Assembly: GCA_964187785.1 (NCBI GenBank)
Contig: OZ076409.1
Location: forward strand, 3,536,001 to 3,600,000
DNA: 64,000 nt
Direction: 5' to 3'
From: Amphiscolops sp. MND2022
Taxonomy: Eukaryota
Notes under the pieces: generated by a model
What the model saw: the letters and a program-made list of their open reading frames with translations, nothing else
Databases searched by the model: none
What the model was told of the DNA's origin: nothing
Made by a program: the position numbers and the translations under genes
Shown: positions 1 through 12,371 of the stretch, in pieces
Position numbering within the stretch: the stretch's first letter is position 1
Layout of the letters: the number at the start of each line of letters is the position of its first letter

Positions 1-3000
1 GATTCCCTTCTTATATGGCACATATTATGGTGTTCTTGCCAAAAAGTCGGTTTTTTAAATACTGCTCAAAAGATTGTCAATACCTGGTTTGATACACTCT
101 GAAGGTCGTATGGAGTTGAGAGACGCTGTGGTTTGGACGATTTTTTTGACATTTTAAAATTTTAGAGTCAATTTTTCGTGTCCTTTTGGCCCATTTTTGG
201 AGGGTTTAAAATTTTTTCATATCCATCATATTTTATTCTAAACAAAATTCTGATAATCTACAATGGAAGTAGAGTTGATCGGTATGTCATAGTTTTCTGT
301 GCTTTCCTCATACGGCAAATGGCGTGCATTTGAAATTTTTTAGGAAATGGTATGTTTTTCTTTCCAAAAAATGTCGGCTTTTTCACATATTGCTCAAAAA
401 CGGGTAAAACTTGTTTTTGCATACTCTGTGGACCACGTGGAGTTGATAGAACCCCAAGAAGCTGTGGTTTGGATGATTTTTCGACATTTTAAAATTTTAA
501 GGTCCATTTTTTCGTGTCATTTTGGCCCATTTTTGGAGGGTTTAAATTTTTTTCATATCCATCAAATTTTATTCTAAACAAAGTTCTGATAGTCTACAAT
601 GGAAGTAGAGTTGATCGGTATGTAATAGTTTTCTGTGCTATTCTCATACGGCAAATGGCGTGCATTTGAAATTTTTTAGGATATGGTATGTTTTTCTTTC
701 CCAAAAATGTCGGCTTTTTAACATATTGCTCAAAAACGGGTAAAACTTGTTTTTGCATACTCTGTGGACAACGTGGATTTGATAGAACCCCAAGAAGCTG
801 TGGTTTGGATGATTTTTTGACATTTTAAAATTTTTAGGTCAATTTTATCGTGTAATTCTGGCCCATTTTTGGAGGGTTTAAAAAAATTAAATATCCATCA
901 AAACTCATTTTAAACTAAATTCGGTTCATCTACAACAAAAGTAGAGTTGATCGGTATGTGATAGTTTTCTGTGCTATTCTCATACGGCAAATGGCGTGCA
1001 TTTGAATTTTTTTAGGAAATGGTATGTTTTTCTTTTCCAAAAATGTCGGCTTTTTCACAAATTGCTCAAAAACGGGTAAAACTTTTTTTTATCATACTCT
1101 GTGGACCACGTGGAGTTGATAGAACCCCAAGAAGCTATAATTTTGATGATTTTTTGACATTTTAAAATTTTAAGGTCAATTTTTTCGTGTAATTTTGTCC
1201 CATTTTCGGAGGGTTCAAAAATTTTTAATATCCATCAAAATTCATTCTAAACAAAAGTCTAATATTCTACACTGGGAGTAGAGTTGATCGGTATATGATA
1301 GTTTTCTGTGCTATTCTTATATGTCATATGGTGTGCATTTGAAATTTTTTAGGAAATGGTATGATTTTTATGACTTTGGTCAAAAAAGTTGGCTTTTTAA
1401 AAATATTTAAATTGAAAAGATATGGGGTTATTACACAAGTCATATACCTAACTTTTTGAGAGGAATCCAATGGTGCCATCGAAAAAATAATTTTTTGGCT
1501 AACATTTTAAGTACTGCCAAAATAACCAAAAAAAGGAAAAAAATTTTCATGATTTTGCAAATTTTTCATCCGGAAATGGTCCAAACACCAATATTAGCAT
1601 TCTTCGATCATAGTTTTTGTTCCAACACTTCACCCCAACCTAAAGAAACAATTCAAAGAGATTTTGAATATTAACTTCTGGTGACAAAGGGTTGAAATAT
1701 TTGAAGGTGTTAGTAGAAAAGAGGAAGTTTTTGTCGTTTACAACACCTTGAGCAACCCATATTACGGTAGAACCTCATTTCACGGCTGAAACTAACACAA
1801 CGTGTTCTGTGTATAAAGTGATTGACGAAAAAGAAATATTTTTTGATGAAATTGCTTTTCACGGTGATTCAAGGCTTTCAACATGTTTACTTCGGATGAG
1901 AGTTTTTGTGTTAAAAACCTACTGTCGCATCTCATATGTTATTAGGGCATATGGTAACAGTCTTTTTGTTGTTTTTGAGTAATTTGGGCCCAGCGGTTTG
2001 CTTCAGAGTAAAAAGTATTGCTTCCCAACCTAAATTTAAAATTGCGACCTGACAAAAATGGGTTTCTCAGAAAAAAATATATAACCTAAGTGTTAGTAAA
2101 TTGACCTCGATCTTATTTATTGCGAATGTCAGCATTGTTAATGGTGTTTTCGAACCTCTTGGGTAAAAAAAGTGGCGTCAGAAGTTGTTGAAACGTTTTT
2201 GCTTTGCATCATTGCAGGTATGTCCGTCCAATATTGTGATTTTTGGAGCTACTGGTATTTTTCCTGCCACATATGTAACGCATGCGAAGGAATTTTTTTC
2301 TAAAAACCGAATAGTTAAGAGTATCTGATCAACCAGAGTGCTCATCTTTATTCTAACCTTTGAATAAAGTAACAGAGAGTATTTTGCCAAGTTACATTTT
2401 CCATGTAATGGGCTAAATGTTTTGGAAAATACAGTAGTATATGGGAAAAAAATGTCTCATACCACCCCTTGAGCAATCCGAATTCTTCAAAAACCCCATT
2501 ATGGTACTGAAACTCACCCTATGCATTCTGTGCACATAGTGATTGACGAAAAAGAGTAAATTTTTGATGAAATCACATTTCACGGTGATCCCAGGCTTGC
2601 GAGATGTTTACTTCGATATAGAGGTTTTGCTCTGTATAACGTCTTATCGCGGCTCATATGTTATTGGAGCCACTGATACCAGTCCCAATCGTGGTTTCGA
2701 GTATCATGGGTCCCACTGGTTACGTCAGAGTTAATAATTTTGCATAAAAAACTGAATTTCAATTTTCGACCTGACAAAATATGGCTATTTTGGTCGAATT
2801 TTTTCTAAGTTAAGTTCCGAATGTGTGAAAAATGACTGAAGATCGGGTGAAAATATTTTTTTCTAACTTTCTAGTACTATAAATGGGTCCTACGTTGCCA
2901 GTAGGACCGTTTGTGAGCATTAGGGCTATATATGACCAGCCTCGATGGAAATATTCAGTTGAAAATGACCAGTTTGTAAATTGAAACTAATTTGTGAAAT

Positions 3001-3605
3001 CCTTGTGAAACACCTATGACCTCGAAAAAAAAATTAAATTCACATTGGATGCAAACTGTTGAGTGTTTGGCTGCGAGTAGGTTCCGACAGAAACCATGGA
3101 TACCAAGGTTTCCACTTTTAAGCTTTCAAAAATTTTTTTCAGAGGTGTTTTTGTCACATTGGTTACATATAGTAGTGAAACCCGAGTCAATTTTGTCAAA
3201 TTTCAGAAAAGAGGAAAAATTTTAGATCTTTTGGGTTTAGTGCATTGCTAGGGCAACGAATTGAAGGTTTAAGACAGTGTACAGCCGATTGACACAAGTT
3301 TTTCAATTTTTTGCATTCGATCTGTTTGTAAAATTTTTCTCAAAAAAACCTCAAAAATCGCACCAAAAAGTGGCTATATCTCGTTACACAATCAAACCAT
3401 CGCTTAACGTCAGCAGGAACTTCGTCTCGTATGCCCAAATTAGGGCCGCATGCAAAAAATGGTACAAATCGTATGGTTCAAAAAAAAGTTCGGTGCCGGA
3501 AAAATTTTCTCTAGTATATAGCGCCGTAAGCTTGGTAAATAGAAGCTCCCGACAGGACCCTACCCGCGGTCGCAAAAAAAGTGGAGATATATCCCCCCCA
3601 CCTAG
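1..3605 (+). repeat. Unit 0, C-type (5'-truncated by window edge)
   Basis: Four ~336 bp repeats, then an A-like body, with the same tail as 33102 and 51896. Confidence 0.85.
40..1400. repeat. Internal ~336 bp tandem repeat, about 4 copies
   Basis: Marker GTAGAGTTGATCGGTAT recurs at ~269, 605, 941 and 1277; boundaries approximate. Confidence 0.9.
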
Positions 3606-5603
3606 CCGCTACCGCGCTCAGGAACACACAAAAAAGAAATTTGCCATACGTCGTCGAAGGGCATGCCTCGGCATGCCCACAGACTATGGGCGTCGGAACG
3701 CTATGTGGCGTTGTACTACAGACACGACGAAGCCGTACCGGGAGGGTGGGACCGACCGATAACGGTAAGAAAAGTAAATGTTATACTTTCTAAAGGTGAG
3801 ACTTGTTGTTTTCATTATTGATTTGTACCTTTCTCGACTAAAAAGTTTTAAAAAAATATCTTCGAGTTCAATTTTTTTTCCAAAGACCGAATGCAATCGT
3901 TATCTGACCTGATGGAAGGAACTAACGATATGATCGAATCACAAAATTAGGCATCGACAGCAACATCCTATAAACAAATGGTCTTTTTGTTGACAGTTTT
4001 TTGATGTGACAGCCTTCCGAAGTTGACACAAGGCCAACTTGAAAGGCTATCACAATATTCATTTAACAGGTGCTTGAAAAATATGCAAAAATTGTCCAGC
4101 AAGGATCGTAGAAAGAGCACATGTCAGCATTGTGAATGACATTTTCAATCAATTTGGGTCCGTAAGGTTGCGTTAGAAGTATATAAAGAGTTTTTAGGCA
4201 CGATCATAGCCATTCTATCTTAGCAAAGTAGCGTATTTTTTAGCTTCGGCTTTTTTTCTGCTACAAATGTAAGTCATCCGATGGGAATTATTTCGGAAAA
4301 CAAAAGAGATGATAGTTTCTGATCAACAACAGTATTCATCTATGTCCTAAATTTTGAATAAAGTAATTGAAAGTATTTTGCGAAGTTAGCGTTTCGAGAT
4401 AATGGGCTAAAAGTTTTAGGAAATATAGTACTATTTAAGAAAAAAGTGTCTCTTACCACCCCTTGAGCAGACCGCTTTCTTCAAAAACCTCATTTTAGTG
4501 CTGAAACTCACCCTACGCATTCAGTGTACATAGTAATTGGCAAAAATGAGTAAAATTTTGGAAAAATCACTTTTGACTGTGATCCCAGGCTTCCGAGATG
4601 TTTACTGCAACTGAGTAGTTTTGTTAAAAATAACGTCTTATCGCAACTCATATGTTATTGGGGCCACTGATACCAGTCCCAATCTTGTTTTCGAGTTTCA
4701 TGAGCCCCACTGGTTACGACAGAGTGAATAGTTTTGCTTCAAAAGTTGAAATTGAATTTTCGACCTATCAAAAAATGGGTTTTTGAGACAAAAATTTTCT
4801 AAGTTAAGTTCCGAATGACTGAAAAATGACTGAAGACCGGGTGAAAAAAATTTTTTAAAACTTTTTATTACTATAAATGGTTCCTACGTTGCCAGTAGGA
4901 CCGTTCTTGAGCAATAAGGCTATACCTGACAGGCCTTGATGGAAATTTTCTGTTGAAAATGACCAGTTTGTAAAATTAAACTAAGTTGTGAAATGCTTTT
5001 GAAACACCTAAGACCTCCAAAAAAATTTTATTTTCACATTGGATGCAAACTGTTGAGCGTTTGGCAGCGAGTAGGTTCTGACAGAAACCATGGATAGCAA
5101 GGTTTTTACTTTAAAGCGAATAAAAAAATTTTTCTGAGGTGTTTTTGTTGTTTTTGTTACTGATAGTTGTGAAAAATCAAGTTTAGTGGGTGAAAAAATC
5201 AAATTTTTGAAAAAATTAAAAACTTTTCATTTTTTGCATTTAGTGCATTGCCACAGTCACGAAATGAAGATTCCGAGCTTGTATAACTGTCAAAGTTCAA
5301 AAATTACTGCATTTCGAGATATTAGACAATTTCTAAAAAATTTTTCAAAATTCATCAATTTTTTGACCAAAAAACGGCCATAACTTTTTTTATAACGTTT
5401 CTATCGCTTAACGTCAGCAGGAACTTCCATTCGTATGCCCATTTTGGGGCCGCATGCAATCTACGATCAAAATCGTATGGTTATTTTTCGAGATCGGTGT
5501 TTTGCGTTTCGCTTTTGGTGTGTAATCTTTTGATCAGATAGCGGCCGCCAGGACCCTACCCCGCGGCCGAGATGAAGTTGGGGAAGAAACCCCCGCCACC
5601 TAG
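3606..5603 (+). repeat. Unit 1, A-type (1998 bp)
   Basis: Bounded by CACCTAG junctions; internal hairpin at ~4005-4054; A-body marker AAGTTAAGTTCCGAATGACTGAAAAATGACTGAAG. Confidence 0.9.
3659..3678. promoter_or_regulatory. GGGCATGCCT-CGGCATGCCC palindrome, a near-consensus p53-family response element (example copy; present at all 20 family-1 heads)
   Basis: Two abutting decamers match RRRCWWGYYY at 19/20 positions; also forms a 9-bp inverted repeat. Function is inferred. Confidence 0.45.
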
Positions 5604-6015
5604 CCCGGGATGTACGGGCGTCGTTAGGTATGTATTTGGTATATGTCGTCGAAGGGCATGCCTCGGCATGCCCACAGACGGTGGGCGTTGATGTAAAGTA
5701 TGTGGCGTTGACGTTAATTAAACTAAAATATGACGTTTCAGCTTCCATAATGAAACGTAATATTCAATTTGAACTTTTATAAATCTGTTACATACATTCC
5801 AATCATAACCATTTGTTAGGTAAATAGATTTCCTGGCATTTAGGACACATTTTGTATAAAAAAAATATTTTTGTCAACAATTAGCTCACTACTATTCTAA
5901 CAACGGAATCATGACGGCTTAGTTTTTGTCGTTGATACACTGTTGATGAAGCTCTAATTGGTACTAATTGAATATATACCTACCCAAAAACACTCTTGAT
6001 TAACGATTTTTGAAG

Positions 6016-6059
6016 GATAGCCCTTTCAAGTTGCCACCAGGCCAACTTGAAAGGCTATC
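6016..6059. other. Internal bulged hairpin, A/B class (GATAGCC.TTTCAAGTTG..CAACTTGAAAGGCTATC); example copy
   Basis: Inverted repeat with one extra base in the left arm; one copy in every A, B and B' unit. Confidence 0.85.
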
Positions 6060-7514
6060 AAAAGGTAACGGTTATGTTGGTTGAGGTTTCGGAGTCTCTG
6101 AAACTATATAGAAAAACTTTAATTTTTAAAAAATAGTCCTTAATAGTCGACAAAGGTACGCCGAAAGACATTTTAAAACCAAAAAACCTATCCTGTCACC
6201 AACGGTTTGGACTTCCGGTGCTATATACCGTTACCCCCCACAAGGTTTGATGACTATGTTCACTACTGCAAACCGTCGAAACACCTAATAGATACTTTTA
6301 TTTACAAAATACTAAACATTTGTACCCAATAGACACAAAATTTGACCATTTCCGGTCGTTTACGGTACCAGGGGGACTTTAGGGTCAACATAACGGTTAT
6401 GTCCGAATGCTCGCCTAACGTCCTCCCTTACATCATACAGTGTCCAAGCACCTATTACCACTCCTTCCGCATCTAAATGCCCTTCAAAAAGTACAAAAAT
6501 GGCAATTTTACTCACATAACGGTCATTTCCGGTCTCGAGGGGTAACGGGGGGTGACTGAAACTATATCCCCCAACTCGTCTCAATGAGTACTACAATAAG
6601 TTACCTAACGTTCCCCGGCTGGGACCGACCCTTTGGGCTCAAAAAGTGACATTTCCGGTCACATAGCGGTTAGGCTGGGGGGCCAAGTCAGTAACGGTGA
6701 TAGATAGCGGAAATCTGTTTGCCCCCCTGAAGGCACCATATCATGGGTATGAAACCTTGTAGTAGTGATGGACACCGTAGCTCCACGCGTTCACGAGATA
6801 TTTACCCCTCAATGCCCATTTTACTGTTTTAGCAGTAAAAAAAGGAGGCGGAAGCCCCATTTCCCGCTAACGGGTTGGTCCAGGGGGTCCCAAACCACAT
6901 GTTTCCGATAGGTCCTTGTCTAAACCTACTTTTGATATATGGCACCCGACGCGCTACTTCCACTCCTTCACACCGAAAATAGCGGTAAAACGTGGAAGGG
7001 GGCATTTTTCCCGCTCATATAACGGTCATTTCCCGTCCGGGGGGTAAACTGGGGTTGGCAAACTGCATGTCCCCCGCTTCGTCTCAAGGCCGTCCCCAAT
7101 ACATCACCTAACGACCCCGCGCTCCGACGACTCCTTCCGGGTCAAAAACCTGCGTTTCCGGAAAAATAACGTTTTGGGCGGGGGGGTACTTGGAGATAGC
7201 TTCAAGATAGAAAAATTTGGTTTGGACCTCCGGGGCCCCTGCAACACGGCCAAGAAACTTTTAGCAGGGTCCCAAAGTTTTAAATCAACAGAAAAAAAGT
7301 TATGTGGCCCAATATGAATTTTACCCCTAAAATGACCCCCTAACGGTCGCCCGTGTGGCCAGAAAAAAATTTTCCGGGGTATGGAACCCGGTGGGGGGCG
7401 CTAATTTTCGGAAAATCTGGTGGGGGCCGCTCCAACTTTAAAATCCTATGGTTAGATCACGAGATCCCGAATCCTATCCAAATTTTCTTAACGAAAGCTG
7501 GCAGCACTGAACTC

Positions 7515-7575
7515 GGATTCAGGACCCTACCCGAATCCTCCAAAAATTTTGTTGGGGTTTCCCCCCCGCACCTAG
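7515..7575 (+). other. Unit 3'-terminal structure (example): stem-loop with AGGACCCTACCC loop, GGGG/CCCC mini-hairpin, CACCTAG
   Basis: GGATTC(7515-7520)/GAATCC(7533-7538) flank the 12-nt loop; GGGGTTTCCCC precedes CACCTAG. Confidence 0.85.
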
Positions 7576-9580
7576 CCGCTACCGCACTTGAGAGTGCGGG
7601 AAAGGCTCATTTGGCATACGTCGTCGAAGGGCATGCCTCGGCATGCCCACGGACGGTGGGCGTTGATGTTGGTATGTGGCGTTGTTATACAAATCACAGG
7701 GTCATGACATAGGCTCAGATCATGGGTGACGGAAGACTGATAACGGAAGAGAAAACAAATGTGATAATATTCAAAGGTTAGAAGTTGTTATTTATTATTT
7801 AGAAATAAAATTATTTACCAAATAATAAACAAAAATGTCTTCGAGTTTATAGGTATTTTTTCAAACTCTGCATGCTATCGTCAGCTGACATGATGGAAGA
7901 TACTAACGGTAGTATACAATCACGAAAATAGGCATCGACAGCAAAATCCGATTAACAAATGGTAGTTTTGTTTATAGTTTTTGGTGGTGATAGCCTTCCC
8001 AAGTTGACACAAGGTCAACTTAAAAGGCTATCACAAGATTCAGTTTAAAGCTACATGTAAAATTTTCAAAAAATGTGCAGTCTGGATTGTAGAAAGAATA
8101 CATGTGAGGACTGTGAACGGTATTTCCAATCATATTGGGTCCATAAGGTTGCGTTAGAAGTATTTAAAGGGTATTTAGGCACAATCATCGCGTTTCTATC
8201 TTAGCAAAATAGCGTATTTTTTATCTTCTGCTTTCTCTTCTGCCATAAATGTAACCCATGCGAAGGTATTTTTTCGGAAAACAAAAAAAATTGAGAGGTT
8301 CTGATCAACCACAGTGTTCATTCATATTCTAACCTTAGAATAAAGTAGTTGAAAGCATTTTGCGAAGTTAGGTTTTTGAGATAATGGGCTAAAAATTTTG
8401 GAAAATATAGTACTGTATGGGAAAAAAATGTCTCATACACACCCTTGAGCAGGCCGATTACATCAAAAACCTCATTATAGTGCTGAAACTCATCCTACGC
8501 ACTCTGTGCACATAGTGATTGACGAAAATGAGTAATTTTTTGATGAAATCACATTTCACAGTGATCGCTGGCTTGCGAGATCTTTACCTCAATTGAGACG
8601 TATTGCTCAAAATAACGTCTTATCGCGACTCATATGTTATTGGAGCCATTGATACCAGTGTCAATCGTTGTTTTGAGTATCATAGGCCCCATGGGTTACG
8701 TCAGAGTTAATAATTTTGCTGAAAAATCTTAATTTCATTTTTCGACCTGACAAAAAATGGGTATTTTGGTCGAAATTTTTCTAAGTTAAGTTCCGAATGA
8801 CTGAAAAATGACTGAAGACCGGGTGAAAATATTTTTTAAAACTTTCTATTACTATAAATGGTTCCTACGTTGCCAGTGGGACCGTTCTATAACATTAAGG
8901 CTATAGCCGACAAGCCTCGATGAAAATATTGTGTTCAAAATGACCAATTTGTAAATTAAAACCATGTTGAGAAATCCTTGTGAAACATCTATGACCTCGA
9001 AAAAAATTTTAAATTCACACTGGATGCAAACTGTTGGGTGTTTGGCAGCGAGTAGGTTCCGACAGAAACCATGGATACCAAGATTTCCAATTTAAAGCAA
9101 ATAAAAATTCTTTTCTGATGTGTTTTTGACATATGAGGTACTGATAGTAGTGAAAAAAATTCAAAAATCTCGAATTTTCGAAAAATGTAAAAACTTTACA
9201 TCTTTTGTGTTCAGTGCAATGCCACAGCCACGAAATGAAGGTTCCAAGCTTGTTTCACAGTCAAAGTCCAAAAATTAACACATTTTGAGATATTAAGTGA
9301 AAAATTAGAAATTTCCCAAAAATGTTGAAATTTTGAACAAAAAATTGGCCATAACTTTTTATAAAGTTTTTAGAACGCTTAGCGTCAGCAGGAACTTCGT
9401 CTTGCAATAGGATTTGAGGGCCGCATGCAAATTTTGAGCAAATTCTAATGGTTAGATTAAATTTTAGGTCTTTTTTTTGCAATTTCTGCTACATACCGCT
9501 AGCTTAAGGCGGATCGTCGGCCGCCAGGACCCTACCCGTCGGCCGAATACAAACGGGGTGAAATTTCCCCGCCCACCTAG
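7576..9580 (+). repeat. Unit 3, A-type subtype A2 (2005 bp)
   Basis: Near-identical to units at 20343, 24326 and 45121; hairpin at ~7987. Confidence 0.9.
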
Positions 9581-12371
9581 CCGCTACCGCTTTAGTGACC
9601 TCGCAGGGGCGTGATTTGGCATACGTCGTCGAAAGGCATGCCTCGGCATGCCTACGGACGGTGGGCGTTGATGTTGGCATGTGGGCGTCGGCTTGAATTA
9701 CATTATGCGACGGTAAGGAGCGGTTTCACCTTTGATAAAAAGCATTACAGTTGGTGAAATTTTCAAGCCACTATAAACAGGCATCAGCCAACAATATTTG
9801 TTGGAAAATTCGTTTTCCTAAAATGTAGAGCACCAACGAAAGAATATAAAAAAATATGTTGTCAAACTTTGTTATCCTATTAAAAGAATCATGTTGAATT
9901 TCATCCAACAACGTTAGGAGACATGGTTTTCCTGATATTCAGTCCACAAATTAAAGGTTGAAAGTTTTTTGTCAAACATTTGTTTCTTACTTATCCTTTT
10001 AAAAGAATCATATGAAATTTTTTAACTATGGTTAAACTTTTGTTGAAGTTCAAATTGGCTATGGATAATAACAAAAACACTCAATCACACTGTCGCTGCG
10101 CAGTTGTGAAAGGATAGCCCTTTCAAGTTGACACAAGGTCAACTTGAGGGCTATCATATTGTAACGGTTATTGAGTTAATGGAGTCGAAACTTCAAGCTG
10201 ATAAAGTGAAAATGTTCAAAGTCTTCAAAAAGAAACAAAAGAGACAATATCGTAGCTATGATCCGCAATTACACGTCGATTGGCACTTCCAAACCAATTT
10301 ATTATCTTTACTTCCCAACGGGTTGGATTTCCGTGGCATTTTCCTATTTCTCACCTCATGTTTCCTGTCAAATTCTTTTCTTGAAGCTTTCTGACACCCT
10401 GAATGCACTTTGGTTTGATGAAATTACATGTTTATTCCAACAAAACACAGAAAAGACAAACTTTCTGAAATTTCTCGTGCCGCCGCAACTTCAGGGGCAT
10501 TATAACGGTCAAGTTCGTACGGTCATCTCACAACACCACAATCATCATAAAGTGACCAAAGACCTAATACAGCTACTTCCTGGCTTGAAGGACCTATCGA
10601 AAATAAAAAAAATTGTGAAAAAAATTTTCACTACATAACGGTCATTTTCGCTGTTAGTGTGACTTCCGAATCATAATAACGGTTATTTCAGATTGCTCGT
10701 TTCACACCAAAACTTTCATTGTATACTGTCCAAAGACATATTACCGATACTTCCTGCCCTAAATGGCCTTCAAAAAGTATAAAAATAACATTTTTCACTA
10801 CATAACGGTCGTTTCCGGTCCAACGGGTCAACGGGGGGTGACTAAAACTATATCCCCCAACTCGTCTCATTGAGTTCTACATAAAGTTACCTGACGTTCC
10901 CACGCTGGGACCAACCCTTTTGGCTCAAAAAATGACATTTCCGGTCACATAGCGGTTAGGCTGGGGGGCCAAGTCCGTAACGGTGATATATAGCGGTAAT
11001 CTGTTTTTCCCCCTGAAGGCACCGTATCATGGGTATGAAACCTTGTAGTAGTGATGGACACGATTGCTCCACGCGTTCACGAGATATTTACCCCTCAATG
11101 CCCGTTTTCCGGTTTTAGCAGTAAAAAAAGGAGGCGATCACCCTTATAACGGCTAACGGGTTGGGCCAGAGGGTCCCAAACAACATGTTCCCGGTTGGTC
11201 CTTGTCTTAACCTACTTTTGATATATGACACCCGACGCGCTACCCTCACTCCTTCACATCGGAAATAACGGGGAAAGTTGAAGGGGGTCAATTTTAAAAC
11301 TCACATAACGGTAATTTCCCGTCCGAGGGGTAAACCGGGGTCGGCAAACTACATGTCCCCCAACACGTCTCTAGATGCTCTACAAAACATTACTTAACGA
11401 CTCCACTCTCAGACGACTCCTTCCCGGTCAAAAAGGGCAATTTCCGGTAATATAGCGGTTAGGCTGGGGGGCAAAGTCCGTAACGGTGATAGATAGCGCT
11501 GATCTGTTTGCCCCCCTGAAGGCACCATGTCATGGGTATGAAACCTTGTAGGAGTGATGGACACGATTGCTCCACGCGTTCACGAGATAATTACACTTTA
11601 ATGCCCGTTTTACGGTTTTACCACCAAAAAAAGGAGGCGGTCACCCTATTTCCGGCTAACGGGTCCGTTCAAAGGGTCCCAAACCACATGTTTCTGATAG
11701 GTCCTTGTTTAAAGCTACTTTTGATATATAGCACTCGACACGCTATTCCGACTCCTTCACACCGGAAATTGCGGGGAAAATTGGAGGGGGGCATTTTTGA
11801 AACTCACATAACGGTCATTTCCCGTCCGAGGGGTAAACTGGGGTCGGCAAACTACATGTCCCCCACCACGTCTCCAGATGCTCTACAAAACATTACCAAA
11901 TGACTCCGCGCTCAGACGACTCCTTCCCGGTCAAAAAGTGCAATTTCCGGTAAAATAGCGGTTTGGGCGGGGGGCCAAGTCCGTAACGGTGCAAGATAGA
12001 AAATTTTTGTTTGGCCCCCCGTACCCACTGCATGATGCCCAACAAACCTTTACTAGTGACCGGACCTGCTAAAACGACGGGGGGAAAAGTTATTCACACT
12101 TTTATAAATTTTACCCCCTGATTGACCCCTAACGGTCGCTCGTGTACCCGTCACAACGAAACCACGGGTATGGAACCTGGTGGGGGGCGATCAGTGCCCA
12201 AAATCTGGGTGGGGGCCAAAAAATCATAAACTTCTGACGGGTGGAATCCGAAATCGGTCTCAAAACATCGAAAAATTTTCATACTACAAGAGTCTTTCAG
12301 TACTGAATGTTCGGTAGGGAACCCTACCCTACCTCACTATATTCTATTGGGGACAGCCCCCCGCCACCTAG
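9581..12371 (+). repeat. Unit 4, B'-type (2791 bp)
   Basis: Unique longer head; hairpin at 10113; three ~503 bp B sub-repeats (markers 10801, 11304, 11807). Confidence 0.85.

Larger units (their letters stand above)
5604..7575 (+). repeat. Unit 2, B-type (1972 bp, GC-richer, TAACGG-rich)
   Basis: Junction-bounded; hairpin 6016-6059; diverged ~503 bp internal duplication (markers at 6515 and 7018). Confidence 0.9.

Noticed and set aside
40..1400. 336 bp = two nucleosome lengths
   Set aside because: Numerical coincidence only; no supporting evidence available from the sequence.
6016..6059. Bacterial integron attC sites
   Set aside because: Bulged hairpins are only analogous: no RYYYAAC..GTTRRRY ends, they lie inside units rather than at boundaries, the cassettes carry no genes and no integrase is seen.
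7353..7712. Recurrent 119-aa ORF MWPEKNF.. and other short ORFs across 1-57153
   Set aside because: Many use non-ATG starts, span unit junctions or change length between copies, and none has a recognisable domain; recurrence simply reflects DNA repetition.
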